A stretch of DNA of 63,317 nt, the filler included, from Hyphochytrium catenoides (taxonomy: Eukaryota > Protista > Hyphochytriomycota): NCBI GenBank assembly GCA_900088475.1. It is 8 parts of 8 records of this genome, joined end to end, with 100 filler letters (N's around TTAATTAATTAA, not from the genome) between each part and the next. Parts side by side here need not be neighbours in the genome. Positions count along the whole stretch, not along the records: positions 50,192 to 59,846 come from FLMG01003255.1; positions 59,947 to 61,542 come from FLMG01004141.1; positions 61,643 to 63,317 come from FLMG01002161.1; 5 more parts are not named here. One strand, written 5' to 3'. The translations under genes and the position numbers were made by a program. Positions 50,192 through 62,195 of the stretch are shown piece after piece (within the stretch, counting starts at the first letter, position 1; each line of letters opens with the position of its first letter). The notes below the pieces were generated by a model. It was not told where the DNA came from. It was given only the letters and a program-made list of their open reading frames with translations, and did not search any database.

Positions 50192-53100
50192 ATATACTGC
50201 AGCTCACCCAATGTCTTGTCCTCTTTCTCGTCGAAGGCTTCCTAAAAAGGGTCACCGTCGACAGGCAAAGCCAATGAGCCCAGGAAGTACTGAAGGACGC
50301 GACAAGATCAATAACACAGCTACCTGCATCATTCTACTCCGAGGCTGATAGAGTCTGAGGCGAACATCTTCCAATCGGACCTCGCTCGCATTTCCCTGCG
50401 ACCTTTGCCTCTTGCTCTCCTTTGCCTCCTTGATTTTCTGTGGGGACAAAGGCTTGGAGCCATCTACACCAAAAGATCTCCACGCGGACTCTTTAAAGGC
50501 GCGAACTGTGTCGGTCTTCTGCGCTAGGACTGTCTTTTCCTCTTCCTACAAGGGGCGGGCAAACATTACCCTTAGCGCTGGCTAGGTAGATCCCTCATAG
50601 GGTTCAAAAGGTCAAACCTTGTAATAGACCTTAAGAGACAGTTGGTTTTCTCTTCGTGCCTTCTCCTCCAATGCTCGCTTTTTCCTCTCCTCCTCTGCTC
50701 GCACCAGTTCTCTAATGTGCTCTGGAATCTAAAACCACCAGGACGCGGGCAGAGAGTGGCCGTCATGCAAGCTCTAGGAAGAAGAAGGAGCGAGTCATGA
50801 GAGAAAGGCTCCTACCTCGTCTTCTCCCGGAGCGCTTTGATTCTCTGGGCTAATTCTTCGGTACATTAGCATGTACGCATTAGCGCTCGAAGTATAGGCC
50901 CCTCCATAGCCTCTGTAATTATTGGAAACCCCTCCCCAGGCCCTGCGGACCTCCGCTTCGGTGATCGTTGAAACAGAAGAGTCATTGAAGTTATGCCACT
51001 TGTCCTCGTCGAGGTCCTTGATATAAGCATAATAGTGCCCACCCAGCGCACTGCCTGAGTGGACCAAGACTGAAAACAGCTCATATAGATGGGGGCCAGT
51101 CTTTGTGCTCTTCACATAAGCATCACGCGTCACCTACAGAGAGCAAAACGATCAATAGGACATCAGGATAGTGGAGGAACGGAAAAGGGTCAAACCACTC
51201 AGCCGCAGACGGTACTCTAACAGACCAAGTGACAAACAGACCAATGCTCTACAAATGAATGGAGATGTGTTTGTTCCACAACCGCCGACTCTAACTCACC
51301 CCTGTGCCCCAATATTTGTCTGCCTCTAACTTCTTTAGGTTAATTTCCGAGCCTGGAGGCGATATGAGGGCAATATCATCCTCAGCCACAGCCGACAGAG
51401 ACTTTCGACTTTCACTCTCTCCTGCGTGAGGCTTGTTTAGACCGCAAACTTGGGAGGAAATGCCGTTCAGAAAAGCTAGAAGAACCTTTGTCCTCGCTCT
51501 GGCTGGAGCCCTTCTCTAGCTTCTGTTTCTCTTCGCTCATCTTCCGTGCCACCGCTCCCCTGCTTCTTCCGTCCTCGCCTGATCCACTGATGTAGCTGTT
51601 CATGTCCAAATATTTCGGAAACCGGACCTATATTGCGGGAGCCCCACGTTAGCAAAAGTGCTAGGTTCTAGGAGCGGGTCGATAGCAGCAGTCATGCCAA
51701 GGCACAGTCACGTGCAACCGCAAAAGAAGGTGCAAGATGCCTAATTACTGAGACAAGCTCCTCCGAAGCGTCTTTACAGTCACACGTAGACAGGAAGCGT
51801 AACTGAAGCCGGGCAACCGTAAAATGGAACAGATTTGAGCCCCCACCTCGCTGTTAAGTTTGATCCTTTGAAACGTGTTATAGTCGAAGTCAAAGCGCTT
51901 GAGCTGCAGCGCCAGCAGCGGTGGGACCTTTGCGAACTTCAGCCCTTTGATTGCGTCAACCTTTTTCTCACACTTCTCGCACTTGTACTGCAATCATAAG
52001 GAATAATCAGCAAAACCATGGAAAAGAGTAACGTTGTCGAAGAACAAGTGGCGGTTATGAGAGAGAGAGAAAGTATTTCCGCGGTATCTTGCCTGATTAT
52101 CGCCATCCAACAGCTCTGGCTTCAGATAGAATTCGAGCGCCTCCTCGACACTTTGCATTAACGTGTTCTGGCCAAAGGGTCGGATTACCTGCAGGGAAAC
52201 AATGACACAGCTCAGCTCGAAAGCCATTTACCAGGAGGAACTAGTCCTGTCTTTATTTCCGGTTTTGACTGCTCTTTCTCTTATCTCTCTTTCTCCCTCC
52301 AGTCATCTTTCCTTTCCATGGCGAGTTGCCTCTCCTCTCTATAAGTATAATCCAGTCCTCCTTCACAACGCTAGAAGAATGTGAAGGTGTTTTGGACGTA
52401 CCAGAGATATATCAAGGAAGGAGTCTAGCCTGGATGTTTCGTTCTTGCACTCTCTGCACTGAACATAGTCCTTCACCTGGCCCTGATAGAGATCGTCCAC
52501 CAGTTTGGCATTCACTGTTCCTTTGAAAGTATCCTCCAAGGCGTCGAAGAGGACACGGCACAGCTACAGAGGTTTATTTTCCAGAGTAAAGGGCAGGACG
52601 ACTCAAAATAAGTAACCATTTTAATGCCAAAGACGGGAGAGGAATAGGAGGAGATACAGAGGAAGAAAGATGCGAACGAGAGAAAGAGAGATAAGAGAGG
52701 GAGGAGAATGAGAAGATTCAAGGGTGAGAGAGAGAAACATATATACATATATATGAAGATAAAGAGAAAAGGAAGAAGAAAAGAGTAGAAAGAGCGAGAC
52801 AGATTCAACAAGGTAAGAAAGCAAGGGGTTCTTTCTACCTCTTGCACATCATGCTGTTGAAAGGCATCAGCGTCCGTCCATCCAAAGCTCTTTGTGAGCG
52901 CCACAGTCTCAACGGAGTGCTGCCTCGAGAATTGTAGCAGTGCAAAGAGCTTCTGAAGCTGCAGCGGTATCGAGTCTTCGTGGCTCGAGTCATCTGTGTC
53001 CGGCTGAACAAGCGTCGGACACCACAGAGAGGCAAAGAGACATGATCAGAATAGCTAGGATATTGAAGTATATGAGGTGAGAGAATAACATTAGATAGAT

Positions 53101-53523
53101 CCGATGCCTTTAGGGTTACGAAGAGTAGACAGAACCAGCAATGAAGCAAGAAGACAGGCACTCACCACCCACTGGTATATCCCACGACGGAACTCTGGCG
53201 TCATGTATAAGGTCTACGATAAACGTGGAAGGGACGCGAGTCACTTGGGGCTCAGTTTGGTCCTGATCCGTTCGGTGTTGCTATTTTACCTGCAGAAGGC
53301 TGTTCATATAGCACGTCGCGCCTTGGTTGGAGAGACCTCGGAACTTCCTTCTACCATCCGCCATTAACGATGAAGGGCTGCTGCTTGCTTCTCGGACTTC
53401 CTCAGCTGCAGATGTAAGAAAGAGCAGATGACAACTCAGTGGGGGCAGTAAAGCTCAGGAGTCCTGCATAAGGAGCTTACCATCCTCATCAAAATTCTTT
53501 CCTTTATATACTACGAGCGACAT
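50192..53523 (-). CDS. USP47: Ubiquitin carboxyl-terminal hydrolase, USP47/USP7-like, 3'-truncated by a gap
   Basis: Cys box [16 protein letters not shown]|[36 protein letters not shown] and His box [33 protein letters not shown]. Includes a GC-AG intron at 51988-52092. Confidence 0.93.
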
Positions 53524-54684
53524 CTTTGTCTCTCCGTCCCTCGAGCGGCACAGTACGGGTAGAGTTGCCCTAAATGCCCCAGGTCCCAAGCACCCCACGG
53601 CCGCAGTGCCTGTCTGAGGGTGATGATGGAGCTTCACAATGGAAAGAGTTGCCTGCTGTGATGCCACCAACAGATCGACAGACAGACGGGCGGAAGCCGT
53701 GGCTGTTGCGCCGAAAGGTTAGCGGCGAGGGGCAGATGATGGCTGGCTTGCTCTGTGTGTTGGGCTGGGACCTGCCGCCACTGTAGCGTCTCTCAGCTCA
53801 TCATCACTCTCCCCCGCCAAGGCCAAACATCCCTCACACACGTTGACCGCCAGACCGCCCCCAGATAGATTATGATATCAGTGATGTTAGTAACTAGACA
53901 ACATCCATACCATCCCTGATCTAAAATAAGACCATGTCAAAGCTTGTAAAGGCTTGGTTTTATTTCAGATAGAGTAACAACAGTGGTCGTAGTAACCAGA
54001 TTGCCCCAAGCTAGATAGACTATACCCTTAATGAGGTTAGTAACTAGACGGCAGCCTAACCTTACGAACAGCTGTACGAACTACAGTGCCACAAGCTAGC
54101 AGTAATCACAGTACTACAGTACAACTACATCAATTGAACCTCCTACACCGCATCTGCTGGAGGTCTTCTAGTCATTCCCCAGGATAGTGGGCCGTTAGCG
54201 GTCACGTGTCATGAGTATGGATGTATGCCGTGAGATGAGGAGGAAGCTTGGGTGATGGATTGGCAGCGATGTGTGCCTTGTACTCCGTAGTTCTACTCCG
54301 CTTGGATCATGGCGCCAGGGGATGCTGCGCGAGGAAGGAACTTGGTACAGTAGAGCTCTGTGGCTTGTCTTCCTTCACGCCGGCCCTGGTCTCAGCCTTG
54401 CTTCTCACGCGTCTCCTTCGACAGCAACTGCCGACTAAGTAGCGGTAAAAGCAGAAGCACCCCTACACTGCACACTCCGCGGCACGGAAAGACGTGAGCC
54501 TTTCTGGGAGCGGTATTCCTCGGTGGAAGGCTAGTCCCAGAAGCAACTTCACGTGGAGACGTCAACGTTCGTAAACAGGAGGCAAGCAACCTCTAACAAA
54601 ACTACCTAGCGCCCAGCTTGAGAGCTGTTTCTTGTGAAAGGACAAATAACACCGCAGACCTCGAAGCACGAATTAAGGGCTTCG

Positions 54685-57600
54685 ATGGCGGAGCTGAGCC
54701 CCTCGGAAGGTGGGTGGAGATCTGTGCACTGTAAGAGAAAGGAGAGCGCAAAGCATGTAAAGGTATCCCGTCGAAGGGTAATCGTAGGATCCAAAGAGGG
54801 ATAGTGGGAATAAAGCGATCCCGCTAAGCAGTATGCAGTCAGTGGTCGTACGATGCTTGGTCTCCTGCGGGTATTTGCGGGTCTGTCCTCCGCCTTGACC
54901 TCTGCCCTCTCTCCATACTTCCTGCAACAGGAGAGGCGATCGGCGCCGGCCTTCCCACCAAGATCTTCCTGCGTCATAAATTGGTATAGGACAGTCCTCT
55001 CGTTATCCCTGTCCTTCAGCCGCCGCTTCTGGTTGGCTGATTTTGTCTTAAGCTCTCTTACCTATGCAGTTCCACTTCATCACACTTATCGCTGTGTCCA
55101 TTCCTTCTGGGTTCCGTTGGGTCTCTGTGCCTAACAGTCGGGTTTGTCTGTCGTGTTCACAGGGCCTGGAATCCTTTTGGGGTCCTCCCACTAAGCCGAA
55201 GTCAGTGGATGAGATCGCGCTGACAAAAGACGAAGCTTTTGGGGTCCGCCCTCCCGCTGAGGCCTTGCAGTTCTCGAAGGATGGCAGTCGCGTAGCCGCG
55301 GTTCGGCCTTCTAGCGGTGTCACAGTCATAGATACTGAGAGGTAAGGCTCAGGATCCCCCTTCAGATTATCGCTTTCTCTTTGGCCCCGATGAGCGGACA
55401 ACCATTGGCACCGAAGCCTTTGTTCCACACACGGCCAGGCTTTTGTTGTGCTCCCTCACGTCTGTTGCACGCTCTGAGAGTCTTTGATGACGTTGGCCCT
55501 TGTTCTCTTATTTATACGTAAGCCTCAGGGCCCTTAGGCCTCTTCGACCTCTATCCCTCTTGTCTCTGCTCGGTGACGAGCTATGGACTTAAAGAAATTT
55601 CAACCCTTGTTCAGGAATGTTGAGGTTCTATCTATTGAGTGCCCAGGGGTCCAAGCTGTCTCTTGGTCTCCTCTCTCTACCTTCCTTGTCACGTGGAGCA
55701 AGCCTTCGAAGCAGCAAGATCCACGTACGTTGCGTCATTTAGCTCTTCTCCAAATAGCGTATAAGTCCGTCTGTAACGCTGGGGGATGAGTATCTCTTGT
55801 CCGTCACGTCGTGTTCGCGCATTGATGCCCTCTTCTCCGCCTTCTCCTCCTAGCGGTAGGAAATCTGGTGGTATGGAGCGCTGTGACAGGAGAGGAAGTT
55901 GCCCGATGGCATCAAAAACTATTCAAGAAAGAGGTGCGCCTAATACCTTGCTCAACCTCGCTGGGCAGCGGGGAAAACCCCTTTCTACGTACTGTCTACT
56001 TTCATAAATTTACAGTCGTTCCTCGGCTTGCCTTCCTACAGCTATGGCCGATGGTACAATGGTCAGAGGATGAGAATGTAGCGGCGAGATTAGTGACAAA
56101 CGAGGTAAGCTTTCACAGGACCTTGGAAACCTTGTGGGGGTTTCGCTCAAGGGCAGATCCAGATAGCAACCTGCTGGCTTGGAACTCCTCTCTTTGTTGC
56201 ATCCTAATTCGCCATTCTCTTCTTAGGTTCAGCTCTACGACGGGAAGGACTTCTCTCGGGGCATCACGTCCAAGATCCGTCTTCAGGTGGGGCAGTCAGG
56301 CCCACTTGTCATTCTCGTCACACTAACCTCTGAATGTCTGGTCGCTGGTAGAATGTCAGTGGATTCAAACTGGCCCCCGGTAATCGCCCCTACCGTGTCG
56401 CCTGTACCTACCCTGAGAAGTCAGGAAAGCCTGCTGGAGTTCGGATATATGAACTTCCCAACACAGAGGCACCCACAGCGAGCAAAAACTTCTTTAAGGC
56501 ACAGGAGGTGAGCTTACTCGGCAAGAATTTAATAGCTGCTGGAGCTCCCTCTCTCTGTCCCTAGCCATTTTTTGGCGCTGCCAACTTTCTCACGGCTCGA
56601 CACTCCGTTAATCCCTCTGTGGGCCGTTCCTCTTGCGGGCAGATCAAGCTTCACTGGCATCCCAAAGGCGAGGCGCTAATCGTCCACACGAGCACTGATG
56701 TAGATAAGACTGGCAAGTCTTACTACGGCGAAACCGGGCTCTACCTGTTACATAGGTGATGACAGCGCTGGCCGCTTTTCCAAATCCTCATCCATCTCCT
56801 TAAATCTTACACCTTCGGGATCTTAGCAATGGGAGCTTTGACTGCAATATCCCGCAAACGAAGGAAGGGCCAGTTTTTGATGTGGCATGGGCGCCAGACG
56901 GCCGAGGTTTTATCCTAATTGCAGGATCAATCCCTGCCAACATCACGGTGCGGAATTTGGCTTTCTTTACCTCGAGCCGTCTCCCTAGGTCCTATTCTTT
57001 CTCAACTCTCCCCTCGCTAGGTCATTCGCTCTTCCCCGTCCAGCCGCAACTCTTGTCGCGGCTTTATCCTTTGCTGACAGATGTTCTCCGCTGGTTCATC
57101 CCCTTAATCCCTCTTTTCCTCCTCGCAGCTCTTCGATACTAAGGCGAAGCCAATTTTTGAGTTTGGAGCAGCGCCTCGAAACACAATTAGCTGGGACCCG
57201 CACGGACGCTTCGTTTGCATCGCGGTACAGATTCTTTCTTCCTGCTGTCTTCTTTGGTACTCCTCGATTGATCGGACTGAAAGAGGCTCTCTCTCCCCGT
57301 GATGGTTGTGTGCGCTTACTAGGGCTTCGGGAATATGGCCGGCGATATGGATTTTTGGGACCGGAATAAGCTGAAAAAGATGGGAAACAATAACTCTAAC
57401 TCCGCCACAACGTAAGAGAGAGGTTGCATCTCTCATTATATGAGGATCCTCCATCCGCAGCTTAGGTTTTCTGAGCTATTAACCGAACCGACATCTAGGT
57501 ACTCCTGGTCCCCCGATGGCAGATACTTTCTGACAGGAACGACCTTTCCGAGGTAGATATTTGGCTATCTCTCCTAGACTGAAGCACATAGCATGGCGTT

Positions 57601-58865
57601 TACGTCTTTCAATTCTTGACTCCGCTCATACCGCTCCCCGATGGGATGGCTGGGGCTGTCTTACATTTCTCTTCTCTACTGCTCGTCAGTAGTGCTTCTT
57701 CCTTCTGAATGCTCAGAGTGTCAACGCTTTGCCTGTGGGAATGTACTCTTAACTAGTGCTTGCTTTTGCGACATACACTTCTACATTCCCCTTTTTCACC
57801 GTGCCTCACAGACTGCGCGTGGACAATGGCGTCAAAATTTTCAAGTATAACGGCGCAGGGCCATTCGGGAAGCTGGACTATGACGAGCTCTACGAGGTAA
57901 ACCGGGAGTTCTAGGTCCTATCTTTGGGCGAGCTTCTTCTTTTTGCCGTCCTCCGGCTCTCCTCTTCTTAGCCTTTAGACCGTTACCTCCTCCTCCGCGT
58001 TCAAGTACGTACCCTACGTTACGTCTCTTTAGTTGTTTGACTGTACTTCTCTTTCATGGCTGTAGGTTGCTTGGCGGCCCGCGGCTGATGATGTTTACCG
58101 CAGTTTGCCCCAGTCGCCGAAGGCGAAGGGCGCAGAGGTCAGTATTTGCCGCCCTTTATCGATCTCCGTATCCTAATAGCTTGCTACTTCTCTCCAGGAA
58201 AAGGAAGTGGCGCCACCAGAACCTCCAAAACCAAGGGTCTATCGCCCACCTCATGCGACCGGACAGGTATAGTGGAGAACAGTTATCCCACTCTCGCTCG
58301 GACTCACTCTCCACATCTTTGGCGTTGCAGTTATCTGCAATGCTGAGAAGGGAAGCAGAAAGCGGCAAGCGGGTTGACCGCAACGCTTATGTTCCTCCTG
58401 GCGGCAGCTATATCCCAGGATTGGCGCCAGGGAAGAGCACCAAGCCCAGTAAGAATGCAAGGAAGAGGAACAAGGCTAACAAGGAGGAGAGTCCTGCTAC
58501 AGAAAGCGCAGCTCTGGCAGCGTTACAAGCCGCAGAAGCTGGTAGGTTCCCACTAGTTCCCTTGCTTTGTTCCCTCTGCCTTAGTCTGCATCTCCTCCCG
58601 TAGAATGGCACGCATTGTCTAAATCACCCTTTCCTCTCTATCAGCACCAAGCCAAGACGGTACTCCTGAAGCTAAAGGAGCAGCTTTGTCGCCTGAAGAG
58701 ATTGAAAAGAAACTGAAGAACCTACGGAAGAAGCTGAAGCAGGTCCAAGAGCTGAAGGCCAAGGCAGGGAGTGGCACAGCGCTGAATGAGGACCAGAAGA
58801 AGAAGCTCCAAGCTGAAGGAACACTACTAGCAGAGATTAAGGAACTAGAAGCGCAGCAGTCTTGA
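54685..58865 (+). CDS. EIF2A: Eukaryotic translation initiation factor 2A (multi-exon)
   Basis: WSPLSTFLVTW, WPMVQWSEDE, TDVDKTGKSYYGETGLYLL, KEGPVFDVAW, GFGNMAGDMDFWD, LRVDNGVKIFKYNG, VYRPPHA and C-terminal KKLKNLRKKLKQVQELK..LNEDQKKKL. The start codon is inferred. Confidence 0.95.
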
Positions 58866-59020
58866 GACGTAGTATTAAAATTATATAGAGGGTGCCTCGC
58901 GGAGTACGGTCCGAGAAGTAGCAGACCCTGATCCGAAGCAACTTGGGCAGTTGGACCTGGGCTCGAAATAGTAGTGCACCGCAGAACCCCAATACGAAGG
59001 TCGTACTAGCTCTCTTTCTC

Positions 59021-59058
<38 letters not shown>

Positions 59059-59087
59059 CTTCTCTCTCTTTGTTATGTGTCGCCTTC

Positions 59088-59846
59088 CTACACTGTCTGG
59101 ACAGGCCGCAGTACGTAAACATAGCCTCCAGGAGTAACGCTAATGCCTTGATAACGAGGAGGCGGGCCAATGTCACACCGGCCTTCACGATAAGAACCGA
59201 CCTGCGAACGTAGAGTGGATAACCCATAGCAATTTTGTACCCAAACACGGGAAAGGAGGAGGCGGAAAGGATATTAGTCGAGGTGAAAGCCATGTGAGAG
59301 GAGATAGAGGAAAATTTTAATAGCCGTAACGCCGTGAGAGCTCTCCAATGGAGACAGTATAAGGACCCATAAGTTGGCACCTGTTCAGCCTGCTGGGCCA
59401 ACGAACACCAGGAGCAGCATAGCGAGTAGACCACATCGCGCAGACCGCTGCCGGGCAAATCCAGAATGTGTCTCACTCGATAGCGCTGCCAGACCAGGAG
59501 TCCCAAGATTGCAACCGTGGCAAAATCCACCATAATGCTGCCGATGAGGTACTATCGATGCAAAAGATGGTGTCAGCATGGCCCCATGACTCTCTTAAGC
59601 CCTCCCGCATGGCTCAGCTGAGTTGAAGGATAATGCAAAGTGAAAGAGGTCTGTACCTGTACCGAAATCCAGTAGCCATCCTCCGTGCGAATGGAGTGCA
59701 ATGGGTACCGATCAATGAGGACGGAGCCCAGGGTGCTGACGATGGTAAAGACCAGGTACAGCAGAAGGGACACCGAAAAGGACATGATGCCTAGTCTGGC
59801 ATTGATCTGGGAGAACGTGATAATGGGGCAACAGTAGGACATCAAA
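59088..59846 (-). CDS. PLAC8-family Cys-rich protein, 5'-partial
   Basis: MSYCCPIITFSQINARLG..RYRVRHILDLPGS..D..CCSWCSLAQQAEQ|VGSYREGRCDIGPP. Confidence 0.88.
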
Positions 59847-59946
59847 NNNNNNNNNNNNNNNNNNNNNNNNNNNNNNNNNNNNNNNNNNNNTTAATTAATT
59901 AANNNNNNNNNNNNNNNNNNNNNNNNNNNNNNNNNNNNNNNNNNNN

Positions 59947-61542
59947 AGTGCAGCGAGACAAGCAGAAAAAGAAAGTGAACCTTCTGCTGACGAAGCAGAA
60001 CCCACCAATTACTGTCTGGGGCCGGAGCCAGAGAGCAACGTTGCTGATGGGACGGAGACGAGCGAGCTTGACGAAAACGAAGAACATCCCGCAGCTTCTT
60101 CTCCCTCCTCTCCGACCACAATCACGTCTCCTCCACTCGGTCCTATCACTCGTGCTCGTGATAGACTGCTACAAGAAGACTCTCTCTCTTTCCAATAGGC
60201 CAGGCTAATCTTCTGCATGTCTCTGAACCGAGAACAGTCCGCGAGGCACTCTCTGGACCTCATGCCACAGAATGGCTAGCCGCCATTACCTCAGAGCTTA
60301 CATCAATGCAGTCCCACCATGAGGTTTACGATCTAGTGCCCCCACCTCCCGGCGCTCATATCATCGGCTCTCAATGGATTTTTAGGGTCAAGTTGCATAC
60401 CAATGGCTCGGTGGACAAGTACCAGGCCCGTCTAGTCGCTCTTGGCAATCGACAGAAGCAAGGTATTGACTTTAGCGAGGTCTTTGCTCCAGTGATAGGG
60501 CATGACACTGTCCGCTGCCTTCTCTCACCACTCGCCGCAACGCTGGATGTAGAAGTGCATCACGTCGATATCAAGACCGCCTTCCTGAACGGTAATCTCG
60601 ACGAGCAGGTGCACATGCGTCAACCACCGGGATTTGCAACCCCTGGACAAGAAGGACACGTCTGGAGGTTGAAGAAGTTGATATATGGTCTCCGCCAGAG
60701 CCCCAAGACGTGGAATGACACGCTGCACCATTAGATGATTGAGCAAGGGTTCCAGCGCAGCGTTTGTGACTTTGGGGTATACGTCAAGCGGCACTCTTCG
60801 AGACCTGAGGACCGTGAGATCGTCGGCGTCGTTGATGATATGCGCCTCTTTGCTCTCACCACCGAGCAAATTGCAGGTCTCAAGACTATGCCGTCTGCTC
60901 GTTTCTCCATCACCGATCTGGGGGAGTTCGAATACTACTTGGGCATCCAAGTAAAGCGGGATCGAGCTGCTAGGAAGATATACCTTCGACAGTCGAAGTA
61001 TATTACCGGGATCTTGGAGCGCTTCAACCTACTTGATGTTGGATTATATGGGCTGATTGGACAATGTCATTAGATGAGGATGCTCTACTTATAAGCCCAA
61101 CTGGGGTCCCATAATCTAGAGCTATTCTGACTATGCCAACTATTCCTAATAAAGTCTAAGGTATGGAGTTATAGAGATATACCTGTCTAGAATAGTGAGT
61201 CCTGAAGGTATTCCGGGGTACTGACCATAAGCCATAGATATAAACAGGGACATTTCCTTTACTTCATAACTCGGCTTCTACTGGGAGTTTAGAGCTGAAA
61301 CTTTGGTAGTTAAGCTTGCCATCTTTTAGTCCACATAGTTGTGCCCTCAGACTCCAACACTTGATGCCTACCCCACTCCTATCCCAGCGGTGCCTAAGAC
61401 ATACTTGCCCAAAAGCTTCTACCATTCCTCTTCCTGATGATGGCGCTGACCGGTTGGCTCGCACCCCTTACCGTCAAGCAGTGGGTTCCCTGCTGTACGT
61501 CATGGTGTGCACGCGGCCTGATATCGCTTATGCGGTACAAGC
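59947..61542 (+). mobile_element. Ty1/Copia retrotransposon pol fragment (reverse transcriptase), pseudogenised
   Basis: WIFRVK..KYQARLVALG.RQKQGIDF.E.FAPV, HHVDIKTAFLNG.LDE, LKKLIYGLRQSPKTW, VGVVDD (YVDD missing its Y) and PYRQAVGSLLY..TRPDIAYAV. Has an in-frame TAG at 60732 and a frameshift near 61411. Confidence 0.95.
61037..61359. mobile_element. Solo LTR (323 bp) nested in the Copia RT, with 5-bp TSD CTTGA
   Basis: TGTTGGA...TCCAACA termini; CTTGA at 61032-61036 and 61360-61364. Removing it restores FNLLDAYPTPIP. Confidence 0.92.
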
Positions 61543-61698
61543 NNNNNNNNNNNNNNNNNNNNNNNNNNNNNNNNNNNNNNNNNNNNTTAATTAATTAANN
61601 NNNNNNNNNNNNNNNNNNNNNNNNNNNNNNNNNNNNNNNNNNGGTGTGCTTCACATTCTCAATGAACATGAGATTGCTAATGAAGTGCCTTTCCTTGT

Positions 61699-62195
61699 TA
61701 TTTTACTCGTTAACCTTAACATAGTAGATTGTGAAGAAGAAGAGTATATATCCTAATGAAAGATGAGGAAAGGTCTTTCTCTCCTTTCTTCTTGCACTTC
61801 TTCTTGCCATTCTTCTTCTTCTGATGATCTAAATAATGCTTTCCGCTCAACGGGTAGGGCGCCTTCATTCCTTGTCAACTTCTTCTACTCAAGAAGATAG
61901 TACTAATTCCTAACATTAAGAGGATAGCCAGGAGAAGCAGAAGAGGTAAGAAAAATCTAACAAAAGTAGGTACTAACATTAAGTTCTCTTTCTCAGTATT
62001 TTACTCGTCAACATTGACATAGATTGTGAAGGAGAAGAGTATATTTCCCAATAAAAGATGAGGAGAGGTCTTTCTGTCTAACCCTAACCCTAACCCTAAG
62101 CGGGTCGGGCACCTTTCCTTCCTCCTTGTCAACTTCTTCTACTCAAGAAGATAACACTAATCCCTAACATTAGTATAGCCAGGACAAGAAGAAGA
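61699..62195. repeat. Diverged tandem duplication (copy 1 ~61699-61945, copy 2 ~61997-62195)
   Basis: Shared blocks TATTTTACTCGT..AGATTGTGAAG..AAAGATGAGGA..GGTCTTTCT and TCCTTGTCAACTTCTTCTACTCAAGAAGATA..ATAGCCAGGA. Confidence 0.9.
62078..62099. repeat. Interstitial telomeric repeat (CCCTAA/TTAGGG)n
   Basis: CTAACCCTAACCCTAACCCTAA. Confidence 0.85.

Noticed and set aside
54248-54977. Minus-strand ORFs between USP47 and eIF2A
   Set aside because: No motif; largely antisense to the eIF2A 5' exons and promoter.
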